Source: Macrostomum lignano
Taxonomy: Eukaryota
Assembly: GCA_002269645.1 (NCBI GenBank)
Contig: NIVC01000017.1
Span: 186,001-250,000, forward strand
Reading direction: 5' to 3'
DNA length: 64,000 nt
The notes beneath the pieces are model-generated. The model had not been told where the DNA came from. It saw only the letters and a program-made list of their open reading frames with translations, and searched no databases. Position 1 is the first letter of the stretch. The number at the start of each line of letters is the position of its first letter. This document shows, one piece after another, positions 1-12,817 of the stretch. A program made the translations under genes and the position numbers.

Positions 1-2
1 AT

Positions 3-3000
3 CAGGCCGAGTGGGCCAGCATAGCGGCGGATTTGAATGCTTGGACTGCCGCAGTGAATACTAATACTGGCAGTGCCGATGCCGGCCAGGAGAAATCCAA
101 AACCGATGCGGACGATCTCTTGCCGCCAGTTCGAGCGGCTAATGCCACTATTAACTTGAGTCAGTCTCAGCAGCAGCAGCAGATGGCTTCTTCAACAACG
201 ACTACATCCGGTCGAACTTCCGGTTCTAGCGTATCAGCCAGCTCGGCAAAACGGCCGATGCCGCGTAGCTATGACGAATGGTCGAAATTGGAGAAGCAAT
301 TGGAGGCGCAGGAGGAGCGGGACGCCGCTATTGCCGCTGATGAAGCCTCCATCAAACAGGTGTTGCCCTATAGAATTCTTTATATAGAATCTATAGAACC
401 CTTTCACAAGCTCGAATCTTCAGATCCCCATAAGGGCCTTCAATTCCTTTCACAAGCTCGAAGCTTCAGATCCCCATAAGGGCCTCCAATCCCTTTCACA
501 AGCTCGAAGCTTCAGATCCCCATAAGCCTTCAATCCCTTTCACAAGCTCGAAGCTTCAGATCCCCATAAGGGCCTTCAATTCCTTTCACAAGCTCGAAGC
601 TTCAGATCCCCATAAGGGCCTTCAATTCCTTTCACAAGCTCGAAGCTTCAGATCCCCATAAGGGCCTTCAATTCCTTTCACAAGCTCGAAGCTTCAGATC
701 CCCATAAGGGCCTCCAATCCCTTTCACAAGCTCGAAGCTTCAGATCCCCATAAGCCTCCAATCCCTTTCACAAGCTCGAAGCTTCAGATCCCCATAAGGG
801 CCTTCAATTCCTTTCACAAGCTCGAAGCTTCAGATCCCCATAAGGGCCTTCAATTCCTTTCACAAGCTCGAAGCTTCAGATCCCCATAAGGGCCTTCAAT
901 TCCTTTCACAAGCTCGAAGCTTCAGATCCCCATAAGGGCCTCCAATCCCTTTCACAAGCTCGAAGCTTCAGATCCCCATAAGCCTCCAATCCCTTTCACA
1001 AGCTCGAAGCTTCAGATCCCCATAATGGCCTTCAATCCTTTTCACAAGCTCGAAGCTTCAGATCCCCATAAGCCTCCAATCCCTTTCACAAGCTCGAAGC
1101 TTCAGATCCCCATAAGCCTCCAATCCCTTTCACAAGCTCGAAGCTTCAGATCCCCATAAGCCTCCAATCCCTTTCACAAGCTCGAAGCTTCAGATCCCCA
1201 TAAGGTCCTTCAATCCTTTTCACAAGCTCGAAGCTTCAGATCCCCATAAGCCTCCAATCCCTTTCACAAGCTCGAAGCTTCAGATCCCCATAAGGTCCTT
1301 CAATCCTTTTCACAAGCTCGAAGCTTCAGATCCCCATAAGCCTCCAATCCCTTTCACAAGCTCGAAGCTTCAGATCCCCATAAGCCTCCAATCCCTTTCA
1401 CAAGCTCGAAGCTTCAGATCCCCATAAGCCTCCAATTCCTTTCACAAGCTCGAAGCTTCAGATCCCCATAAGGTCCTTCAATCCTTTTCACAAGCTCGAA
1501 GCTTCAGATCTCCATAAGGTCTTTCAATACCTTTTAGACTTTATGACTACAAGTGCATGGTTAGAGGAGAAATAACTGATAGCAAAACAAAACCCCTCAG
1601 GCCAACGCTAGCAAACCTTCGCCAGCTGCAACAGCTTCTCCGGCTAGTCGAAAGGTGCCCAATCTGCCCAACCGGCTGCGTGTTGACGGTCTATCCAATG
1701 AAGAGCGAGCTCGTTTAGCCGAACAGGAGAAAGCAAAGGGCAACGAAGCGTTCCGATCGGGCGATTACGAAGAGGCGGCCCTGTACTATAGCCGGAGCGT
1801 GTCTGCCAGCCCACTGCCGGCTGCCTACAATAATAGAGCTTTCGCTTGTGAGTTTTTCGATTGTTTTTTTTAATTTTTTGTCGTAATTTTTGCATATTTC
1901 TACTGTCAGTAGTCTGATTTAAGTTTGCGGAAAGTTTCCGAGCTGGCATTTGGAAAATGCTGAGATGTCAATGGTTTACCGATGCATTACTATCATTATT
2001 ACAGATCTAAAACTGCAAAAGTACACCGCCTGCGTAAAAGACTGCGGCCGCGTGCTCAAAGCCGAGCCAGACAACGTCAAAGCGCTGCTGCGCCGGGCCA
2101 CCGCCTATCAAAAAATTCATCGAATTGTTGACGCCCGCGCAGACTTGGAGCGCCTGCTACGCCTGGACCCCGGCAGTGCGGCCGGCTCCGCTCTGCTGTC
2201 CGAACTGGATGCTGAACTGGCTAAGCGGGGCAAGACCTCCGCCTCGGCCAAGCGAATGGTTATCGAGGAGGTTGGCAGCTCGGAAGAGGATGATGAAGAC
2301 GACAATAATGCTGGATTAGAAGCTAATGGTCCAGTCAGCAACGCTCTGAACGGGCGCCATCAAGCTGCTGCTGGCGGGAGCTGCTCGACTGTGCAGTCTT
2401 CGAATAGTCAAGTTGAGACTGAGCAAGCCAGCCCGCCAGTGATGAAGGATCCATTGTCCACCTGTATTCCCCCAGCAACAGTAGCACTGTTGAGCAACCT
2501 CAGCAGCAAGAGAAAGCCGCAGAAGCAGCCAACTCGACTAATAAAGAAAAATCCAAGAAGAAGTCCGGTAAAAAATCCAGCAACAAGAAAGCGGCAGCTG
2601 CCCAGGATGAAGCGGCGCCGGCCCAGCCTCCGGCAGACGAATTTGACGCGGCTAAAGAGGCCGGCAACCAGCTATTCAAAGCGGGCAACTATGCCCGTGC
2701 CGTGAAGCTTTACGACAAATGCAGCGAGCTGCGGCCCAATGACCCGGTGTCCTACACCAACAGAGCCGTCTGTTACATCAAACTCGACCAGCCTAACGAC
2801 GCCGTGTACGAGTGCAACATGGCGTTGGAACTCGAGCCCAACAATATGAAAGCAATTTTCAGGCGCGGCGTTGCCCGCAAAATGCTCGGCTTCTATCGGG
2901 AGAGCCTGCTGGATTTCAATCTGGCCAAATCGTTCGATCCGCTCAATAAGCAGATTGCTAAGGAGATTGCCGAGGTTGAATCGGCTATGCGTAAATCCGC

Positions 3001-4986
3001 GGGCAGGCGAGTTCTTGTTGAAGAAGTTGAAGACGAAGATGACGATGAAGAAGAAGCTGGACAAGACGCTGCGGATGTGGCCGTTGTTCGCGAGGTTGAT
3101 GGAGTTGTGACCGAGTCGAGGCTGACTGCCGCTGGTGCGCGGGAGGCGACACCCGAAATAAGTACAACAGCTACCGATAAAAGTACAGTAGACTCCAATA
3201 ATAGTACTCTTGTTGCCGATGTATCTGCTGCTGAAAAAAGTACACCCGAGTCGAATAAAAGTACACCGGCTGCTGATAATAGTGCAGCCGTACTTGCTAA
3301 AAGTACAAACGAAACTACTACAACATCGGCTGCTATCAAAAGTACAGCAGAGTCAAATAAAAGTGCACCAGTTGCCGACAAAAGTACTACCGAACCTGTA
3401 AAAAGTACATCGGCTACTAAGACAAGCGTATCGTCCACCGACAAAACGACCGTCGCGTCACCGCGTTTGCAATTTCCGGAGCCAGTCGGCGACAAGCCTT
3501 CGGCCTCTGTTCGCCCAGACTGCAGCCCGTTCGAGTTCACTCAGGCCTGGCTGTCCGCAGCTCGGTCTTCTTCTCCTAGCCAGCCGGCCTCGGCAATTCA
3601 CGCCGACATGCTGACCGCCATCGAGTGCAGCCGTCTGCCGCGTTTGCTGTCTAATAAGCTGGACGGCCTCATGCTGGCGCAGATTGTGGCCGCCGTCAGG
3701 GACCGCCTGGCCGAGCGAGACGCTCGCGCCGGCGCCAACGTGCTGCTCAGCCTGCCCGGCGCTGAACGATTCGACTTTGTCGTCATGTTCCTGGATGCCA
3801 AGGAGAAGGCCGGTCAGTGGCTTGGGCTTTGTGCTGATTGTCTGCGCTTCTGGTTTGTCTCTGATCAGCTTGATTGTGTCTGTTGATCAGCTTGATTGTG
3901 TCTGTTGATCAGCTTGATTGTGTCTGTTGATCAGCTTGATTGTGTCTGTTGATCAGCTTGATTGTGTCTGTTGATCAGCTTGATTGTGTCTGTTGATCAG
4001 CTTGATTGTGTCTGTTGATCAGCTTGATTGTGTCTGTTGATCAGCTTGATTGTGTCTGTTGATCAGCTTGATTTTGTCTGTTGATCAGCTTAATTGTGTC
4101 TGTTGATCAGCTTGATTGTGTCTGTTGATCAGCTTGATTTTGTCTGTTGATCAGCTTGATTGTGTCTGTTGATCAGCTTGATTGTGTCTGTTGATCAGCT
4201 TGATTGTATCTGTTGTTGATCAGCTTGATTGTGTCTGTTGATCAGCTTGATTGTGTCTGTTGTTGATCAGCTTGATTGTGTCTGTTGTTCAGCTTGATTG
4301 TGTCTGTTGTTCAGCTTGATTGTGTCTGTTGTTCAGCTTGATTGTGTCTGTTGTTCATCAGCTTGATTGTGTCTGTTGTTCAGCTTGATTGTGTCTGTTG
4401 TTCAGCTTGATTGTGTCTGTTGTTCAGCTTGATTGTGTCTGTTATTGATCAGCTTGATTGTGTCTGTTGTTCATCAGCTTGATTGTGTCTGTTGTTCAGC
4501 TTGATTGTGTCTGTTGTTCAGCTTGATTGTGTCTGTTATTGATCAGCTTGATTGTGTCTGTTGTTGATCAGCTTGATTGTGTCTGTTGTTGATCAGCTTG
4601 ATTGTGTCTGTTGTTGATCAGCTTGATTGTGTCTGTTGATCAGCTTGATTGTGTCTGTTGATCAGCTTGATTTTGTCTGTTGATCAGCTTGATTTTGTCT
4701 GTTGATCAGCTTAATTGTGTCTGTTGATCAGCTTGATTGTGTCTGTTGATCAGCTTAATTGTGTCTGTTGATCAGCTTGATTGTGTCTGTTGATCAGCTT
4801 GATTGTGTCTGTTGATCAGCTTGATTGTGTCTGTTGTTCAGCTTGATTGTGTCTGTTGATCAGCTTGATAATCTTTATTAATCCAATGTATTTTCAGATT
4901 TGTCGGCCACAGCCGCTAAGCTGGAGTCGCTGGGCGCCCTCAGCCCAGACGAGATGCGCGCGTTGAAAACGGCCTACAAACTGTGA
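3..4986 (+). CDS. SPAG1: Sperm-associated antigen 1 (TPR co-chaperone / axonemal dynein assembly factor with RPAP3-type C-terminal domain), 5'-partial
   Basis: Exons <3-359, 1601-1847, 2005-3812 (frame discontinuity near 2400-2500) and 4898-4986 (TGA), joined by phase-compatible GT-AG introns. Motifs match remembered vertebrate SPAG1 in order: AEWASIAADLNAW, DLLPPVRAAN, PRSYDEWSKL, GLSNEERARLAEQEKAKGNEAFRSGDYEEAALYYSRS...AYNNRA, a second TPR block AKEAGNQLFKAGNY, and C-terminal PFEFTQAW...LLSNKLDG...AERFDFVVMFL. Confidence 0.9.
400..1530. repeat. 44-46 bp minisatellite in the first visible SPAG1 intron (360-1600)
   Basis: Tandem TTTCACAAGCTCGAAGCTTCAGATCCCCATAAG(GG)CCTTCAATTCC; 46-bp period measured between 401 and 447. 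Confidence 0.95.
3860..4870. repeat. 22/25 bp minisatellite in the last SPAG1 intron
   Basis: Tandem GATCAGCTTGATTGTGTCTGTT, with variants carrying an extra GTT. Confidence 0.95.
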
Positions 4987-5379
4987 TGCAGCTCGGATGC
5001 TGTTTGGAGCTCAATTTTTCCCTTTTTTCTACACGATGTTGCACTGAACTTTTTCTGCTGGTTTTGTGTCTCATCATTTATTAATAATTTCTCTTCAAGC
5101 TACTTTGAGTAGTGTAGACGCGTTTCTTGCTTCTTAAATTTGTGAATTTCTTATATTCTTTTCCGTCCACAAGGTTATGGTGGTGAAAAAATAGCGGTTT
5201 TATAATGCCTCACTAATTCCTGCATACAAGTTTACTGGATATGTGTAACGCTGTGCTACGTTTTTTGATACAATTCAATTTGTTGGTATTCTGATTTTTT
5301 CGTTTATTTTTTCAATAGTTTTAGTTAGAAGTTTAATAGTTTTTAGTAGAGATAAGTGCGCGCTCGTATAGTTACGATC

Positions 5380-7370
5380 TTGTTCAGTCTGTAGGTGAGA
5401 TTTTGATCAGTCTGTAGGTGAGATTTTGATCAGTCTGTAGGTGAGATTTTGATCAGTCTGTAGGTGAGATTTATGATCAGTCTGTAGGTGAGATTTTGAT
5501 CAGTCTGTAGGTGAGATCTTGATCAGTCTGTAGGTGAGATTTATGATCAGTCTGTAGGTAAGATTTTGATTAGTCTGCAAGTGAGATTTTGATCAATCTG
5601 TAGGTGAGATTTTGATCAGTCTGTAGGTGAGATTTTGATCAGTCTGTAGGTGAGATTTTGATCAGTCTGTAGGTGAGATTTTGATCAGTCTGTAGGTGAG
5701 ATTTATGATCAGTCTGTAGGTGAGATTTTGATCAGTCTGTAGGTGAGATCTTGATCAGTCTGTAGGTGAGATTTATGATCAGTCTGTAGGTAAGATTTTG
5801 ATTAGTCTGCAAGTGAGATTTTGATCAATCTGTAGGTGAGATTTTGATCAGTCTGTAGGTGAGATTTTGATCAGTCTGTAGGTGAGATTTTGATCAGTCT
5901 GTAGGTGAGATTTTGATCAGTCTGTAGGTGAGATTTATGATCAATCTGTAGGTGAGATTATGATCAGTCTGTAGGTGAGATTTTGATCAGTCTGTAGGTG
6001 AGATTTTGATCAGTCTGTAGGTGAGATTTTGATCAGTCTGTAGGTGAGATTTATGATCAGTCTGTAGGTGAGATTTTGATCAGTCTGTAGGTGAGATCTT
6101 GATCAGTCTGTAGGTGAGATTTATGATCAGTCTGTAGGTAAGATTTTGATTAGTCTGCAAGTGAGATTTTGATCAATCTGTAGGTGAGATTTTGATCAGT
6201 CTGTAGGTGAGATTTTGATCAGTCTGTAGGTGAGATTTTGATCAGTCTGTAGGTGAGATTTTGATCAGTCTGCAAGTGAGATTTTGATCAATCTGTAGGT
6301 GAGATTTTGATCAGTCTGTAGGTGAGATTTTGATCAGTCTGTAGGTGAGATTTTGATCAGTCTGTAGGTGAGATTTATGATCAGTCTGTAGGTGAAGATT
6401 TATGATCAGTCTGTAGGTGAGATTTTGATCAGTCTGTAGGTGAGGTTTTGATCAGTCTGTAGCTGTAGGTGGGGTTTTGATCAATCTGTAGGTGAGATTT
6501 TGATCAGTAGGTGAGATTTTAATCAGTAGATGAGATTTTAATCAGTAAGTGAGATCTTGATCAGTCTGCAGGTGAGATTTTGATCAGTCTGTAGGTGAGA
6601 TTTTAATTAGTCTGTAGGTGAGGTTTTGATCAGTCTGTAGCTGTAGGTGGGGTTTTGATCAGTCTGTAGGTGTAGGTGAGATTTTGATCATTCTGTAGGT
6701 GAGATTTTAATTAGTCTGTAGGTGAGGTTTATGATCAGTCTGTAGGTGAGATTTATGATCAGTATGTAGGTGAGGTTTTGATCAGTCTGTAGCTGTAGGT
6801 GGGGTTTTGATCAATCTGTAGGTGAGATTTTGATCAGTAGGTGAGATTTTAATCAGTAGGTGAGATTTTAATCAGTAGGTGAGATCTTGATCAGTCTGTG
6901 GGTGAGATTTTTATCAGCAGGTTAGACTTTGCTCAGTCTGTAGTTGTAGGTGAAATCTTGATCAGTCTGTGGGTGAGATTTTGATCAGTAGGTGAGATTT
7001 TGCTCAGTCTGTAGGTGTAGGTGAAATCTTGATCAGTCTGTGGGTGAGATTTTGATAAGTAGGTGAGATTTTGCTCAGTCTGTAGGTGTAGGTGAAATCT
7101 TGATCAGTCTGTGGGTGAGATTTTGATCAGTAGGTGAGATTTTGCTCAGTCTGTAGGTGTAGGTGAAATCTTGATCAGTCTGTGGGTGAGATTTTGATCA
7201 GTAGGTGAGATTTATCAGTAGGTAAGATTTTGATCAGTAGATGAGATTTAGATCAGTAAGTGAGATTTTGATCAGTAGGTGAGATTTTTATCAGTAGGTG
7301 AGATTTTTATTAGTAATTGAGATCTTGATCAGTCAGTAGGTGAGGTTACGATCAGTCTGCAGGTGAGAAT
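5380..7370. repeat. 23 bp minisatellite between SPAG1 and CCT7
   Basis: Tandem GATCAGTCTGTAGGTGAGATTTT, degenerating into shorter units towards 7370. Confidence 0.95.
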
Positions 7371-7584
7371 TTGAGCAGCATATGGACGAGTGTCGCTGAT
7401 GCCTGCATTTCGAGTTCAGAGTCGATTTTCAGTTAGTGCCATAGACGAAACGGCAGTTCGTATTATATCCCAAGCACCATAGTAACTCCATCTCTGCTCT
7501 ATTTTCTTACTGCATGCAAAAGCAAGCAAGTAAATTTCAACTGCAAAACCGGAACTCAATAGTTAACAGCTTATTATCATCATC

Positions 7585-10500
7585 ATGACTCAGCAAATCC
7601 AGCCCAGAATCATCCTGCTGAAGGAGGGCACCGACTCCTCGCAGGGCCTGCCGCAGATCATCTCCAACATCAACGCCTGCCAGGCCATAGCCGAGGCCGT
7701 GCGCACCACCCTGGGGCCCCGCGGCATGGACAAACTGATCATCGACGACCGCAAGAAGGCCACCATCTCCAACGATGGCGCCACCATCTTGAAGCTGCTC
7801 AACGTTGTACACCCGGCCGCTAGAATCCTGGTTGACATCGCCAAATCGCAGGATGCTCAAGTTGGCGACGGTACAACCAGCGTAGTGATTCTGGCCTGCG
7901 AGTTCCTTCGCCAGATGAAGCCGTTCCTAGAGGAGGGCGTCCACCCCAGGGTGGTGATCCACGCCCTGCGCAGGGGCACCCAGCTGGCTCTGGACCGGCT
8001 GGATGAGATCGCCGTTAAGATCGCTAAGGACGATCCTGCGTGAGTCTGAACTCCCACTACTAAAAATCACGAACCCACAACTGAGAATCCCAATCCCACA
8101 ACTGAGAATCCCAATCCCACAACTGAGAATTCCAATCCCACAACTGAGAATCCCAATCCCACAACTGAGAATCCCAATCCCACAAATAAAAATTCCAATC
8201 CCACAACTGAGAATCCCAATCCCACAACTGAAAATTCCAATCCCACAACTGAGAGTCCCAATCCCACAACTGAGAGTCCCAATCCCACAACTAAAAATTC
8301 CAATCCCACAACTGAGAATCCCAATCCCACAACTGAAAATTCCAATCCCACAACTGAGAGTCCCAATCCCACAACTGAGAATTCCAATCCCACAACTGAG
8401 AATCCCAATCCCACAACTAAAAATTCTAATCCCACAACTGAGAATCCCAATCCCACAACTGAGAGTCCCAATCCCACAACTAAAAATTCTAATCCCACAA
8501 CTGAGAATCCCAATCCCACAACTGAGAGTCCCAATCCCACAACTGAGAGTCCCAATCCCACAACTGAGAATTCCAATCCCACAACTGAGAATCCCAATCC
8601 CACAACTGAGAATCCCAATCCCACAACTGAGAATCCAATCCCACAACTGAGAATTCCAATCCCACAACTGAGAATCCCAATCCCACAACTGAGAATCCCA
8701 ATCCCACAACTGAGAATTCCAATCCCACAACTGAGAATCCCAATCCCACAACTGAGAATTCCAATCCCAGAACTGAGAATCCCAATCCCACAACTGAGAA
8801 TTCCAATCTCACAACTGAGAATCCCAATCCCAGAACTGAGAATCCCAATCCCACAACTGAGAATTCCAATCTCACAACTGAGAATCCCAATCCCAGAACT
8901 GAGAATCCCAATCCCACAACTGAAAATTCCAATCCCACAACTGAGAGTCCCAATCCCACAACTGAGAATCCCAATCCCACAACTGAGAATCCCAATCTCA
9001 CAACTAAAAATTCTAATCCCACAACTGAGAATCCCAATCCCACAACTGAGAGTCCCAATCCCACAACTAAAAATTCTAATCCCACAACTGAGAATCCCAA
9101 TCCCACAACTGAGAATCCCAATCCCACAACTGAGAGTCCCAATCCCACAACTGAGAATCCCAATCCCACAACTGAGAATCCCAATCCCACAACTGAGAAT
9201 CCCAATCCCACAACTGAGAATTCCAATCCCAGAACTGAGAATCCCAATCCCACAACTGAGAATCCCAATCCCACAACTGAGAATTCCAATCCCACAACTG
9301 AGAATTCCAATCCCACAACTGAGAATCCCAATCCCACAACTGAGAATTCCAATCCCAGAACTGAGAATCCCAATCCCACAACTGAGAATTCCAATCTCAC
9401 AACTGAGAATCCCAATCCCAGAACTGAGAATCCCAATCCCACAACTGAGAATTCCAATCTCACAACTGAGAATCCCAATCCCAGAACTGAGAATCCCAAT
9501 CCCACAACTGAAAATTCCAATCCCACAACTGAGAGTCCCAATCCCACAACTGAGAATCCCAATCCCACAACTGAGAATCCCAATCTCACAACTAAAAATT
9601 CTAATCCCACAACTGAGAATCCCAATCCCACAACTGAGAGTCCCAATCCCACAACTAAAAATTCTAATCCCACAACTGAGAATCCCAATCCCACAACTGA
9701 GAGTCCCAATCCCACAACTGAGAATTCCAATCCCACAACTGAGAATCCCAATCCCACAACTGAGAATCCCAATCCCACAACTGAGAATCCCAATCCCACA
9801 ACTGAGAATTCCAATCCCACAACTGAGAATCCCAATCCCACAACTGAGAATCCCAATCCCACAACTGAGAATTCCAATCCCACAACTGAGAATTCCAATC
9901 CCACAACTGAGAATTCCAAATCCACAACTGAGAATTCCAATCCCACAACTGAGAATTCCAATCCCACAACTGAGAATTCCAATCCCACAACTGAGAATTC
10001 CAATCCCAGAACTGAGAATCCCAATCCCACAACTGAGAATTCCAATCTCACAACTGAGAATCCCAATCCCAGAACTGAGAATCCCAATCCCACAACTGAG
10101 AATTCCAATCTCACAACTGAGAATTCCAATCCCACAACTGAGAATTCCAATCCCACAACTGAGAATTCCAATCCCAGAACTGAGAATCCCAATCCCACAA
10201 CTGAGAATCCCAATCCCACAACTGAGAATCCCAATCCCACAACTGAGAATCCCAATCCCACAACTGAGAATTCCAATCCCAGAACTGAGAATCCCAATCC
10301 CACAACTGAGAATCCCAATCCCACAACTGAGAATTCCAATCCCACAACTGAGAATTCCAATCCCACAACTGAGAATCCCAATCCCACAACTGAGAATTCC
10401 AATCCCACAACTGAGAATCCCAATCCCACAACTGAGAATTCCAATCTCACAACTGAGAATCCCAATCCCAGAACTGAGAATCCCAATCCCACAACTGAGA

Positions 10501-12817
10501 ATTCCAATCTCACAACTGAGAATCCCAATCCCAGAACTGAGAATCCCAATCCCACAACTGAAAATTCCAATCCCACAACTGAGAGTCCCAATCCCACAAC
10601 TGAGAATCCCAATCCCACAACTGAGAATCCCAATCTCACAACTAAAAATTCTAATCCCACAACTGAGAATCCCAATCCCACAACTGAGAGTCCCAATCCC
10701 ACAACTAAAAATTCTAATCCCACAACTGAGAATCCCAATCCCACAACTGAGAGTCCCAATCCCACAACTGAGAATTCCAATCCCACAACTGAGAATCCCA
10801 ATCCCACAACTGAGAATCCCAATCCCACAACTGAGAATCCCAATCCCACAACTGAGAATTCCAATCCCACAACTGAGAATCCCAATCCCACAACTGAGAA
10901 TCCCAATCCCACAACTGAGAATTCCAATCCCACAACTGAGAATTCCAATCCCACAACTGAGAATTCCAATCCCAGAACTGAGAATCCCAATCCCACAACT
11001 GAGAATCCCAATCCCACAACTGAGAATCCCAATCCCACAACTGAGAATTCCAATCCCACAACTGAGAATTCCAATCCCACAACTGAGAATCCCAATCCCA
11101 CAACTGAGAATTCCAATCTCACAACTAAAAATTCCGATCCCACAAGTAAGAATCCAAATCCCACAACTAAAAATCCCAATCCCACAACTCAGAATCCTAA
11201 TCCCATAACTCAGAATTCCAAATCCCACTACAGCCAGGTCCGCAGCCTGCTGGAGAAGTGCGCGACCACTGCCCTGAACTCCAAGCTGGTGGCCCACCAG
11301 AAGGAGTTCTTCAGCAAGCTGGTGGTAGACGCTGTGATGCTGCTTGACGAGCTGCTGCCACTTGACATGATCGGCATCAAGAAGGTTGCCGGCGGTGCCC
11401 TGGAGGACACCCGACTGGTGTCGGGCGTCGCCTTCAAGAAGACGTTCAGCTACGCCGGCTTCGAGATGCAGCCAAAGAAATATGCCAACCCGAAGATTGC
11501 CCTGCTCAACATTGAACTCGAGCTGCGAGCCGAGCGCGAAAATGCCGAAGTTCGAGTTAAGAGCGTCGAAGAGTACCAGAAGGTGAGTTTGCTTCACTCG
11601 CATGTACTTTTATCTGTTTCTAAGGTCCTGGGTTCGATTCTCAATGTGACCAAATTTAATTTTTTATATAACTAACTTTCTATGTTCTACATAGTAGTTT
11701 AGTTAACTGATACGAGGAAGTATTCTTATTGTGGAGATCTCTGAATGGAGCATTTTCTATATACTGGGTTGATTACCGATATGTGTCAAAAAGAACTAAA
11801 AACCGACAAAGCGGGGACCACAGATACAATGATAAAGAATAAAGTGGCCAGGTGAATTGGTTTATAATTTCTCAATAAATGACGTGAAGAGGAGTGCCAT
11901 ATCTATATAATTTATTAAAACTAGTCCCTATACCGACATGTTTAGAAGACACTTTATAAATACTTTCGCAGGTGGTGGACACCGAGTGGAACATACTATA
12001 CGACAAGCTGGTCACGCTGCACAAAGCCGGAGTGAAAATTGTGCTATCCAAGCTGCCTATTGGCGACGTGGCCACCCAGTGGTGCGCCGACCGCGACATG
12101 TTCTGCGCCGGCCGCGTGCCCGAGGAGGACCTCCGCCGGACTCAGAAGGCCTGCGGTGGCCGCATCCACACCACCGTTGTTGGCCTGACCGACGCCACGC
12201 TGGGCACCTGCGAACTATTCGAAGAGGTACAGATCGGTGCCGACAGGTACAACCTGTTCACCGGGTGTCCCCGAGCTCGAACCTGCACTATTGTGCTCCG
12301 CGGCGGTGCCGAACAGTTCATGGAGGAGACCGAGCGATCCCTGCACGACGCCATCATGATTGTGCGCCGGGCCAGGAAAAACGACTCGGTGGTGGCCGGC
12401 GGCGGCGCCATCGACATGGAGCTGAGCTACCACCTGCGCCAGCACTCGCGCAATGTCACCAGCAAGCAGCAGCTGCTGATTGGCGCCATGGCCAAGGCAT
12501 TCGAGCTCATTCCCCGCCAGCTGTGCGACAACGCCGGCTTCGACGCCACCTTCGTGCTCAACAAGCTGCGCAACCGGCACGCCAACGGCGACCTGTGGGC
12601 CGGCGTCGACATCCAGCGCGAGGACGTTGCCGACAATTTCACCGCCTGCGTGTGGGAGCCGGCCCTGGTGAAGGCCAATGCCATTGTGGCCGCCTCCGAG
12701 GCCGCCTGCAGCATGCTCAGCGTTGACGAGACTGTGAAGAATCCGGCCAGCTCCAGCACCCTGCCCAATGAGAACAAGCCGGTGAAGCCGGGCCGCGGCA
12801 TGGGCCGACCGTGCTAG
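7585..12817 (+). CDS. CCT7: T-complex protein 1 subunit eta (CCT/TRiC chaperonin)
   Basis: Exons 7585-8039, 11234-11582 and 11972-12817 with phase-compatible GT-AG introns. Chaperonin motifs [64 protein letters not shown] and an eta-type GRG tail. Confidence 0.97.
8075..11230. repeat. 21 bp minisatellite filling CCT7 intron 1
   Basis: About 150 copies of AACTGAGAATCCCAATCCCAC and variants. Source of the 1178-aa and 898-aa artefact ORFs. Confidence 0.97.

Noticed and set aside
7927-11603. Very long ORFs (1178, 898, 288, 215 aa) of GIGILSC / VVGLGFS / LRIPIPQ repeats
   Set aside because: By-products of a stop-free 21-bp array lying inside CCT7 intron 1, mostly antisense; no domain content.
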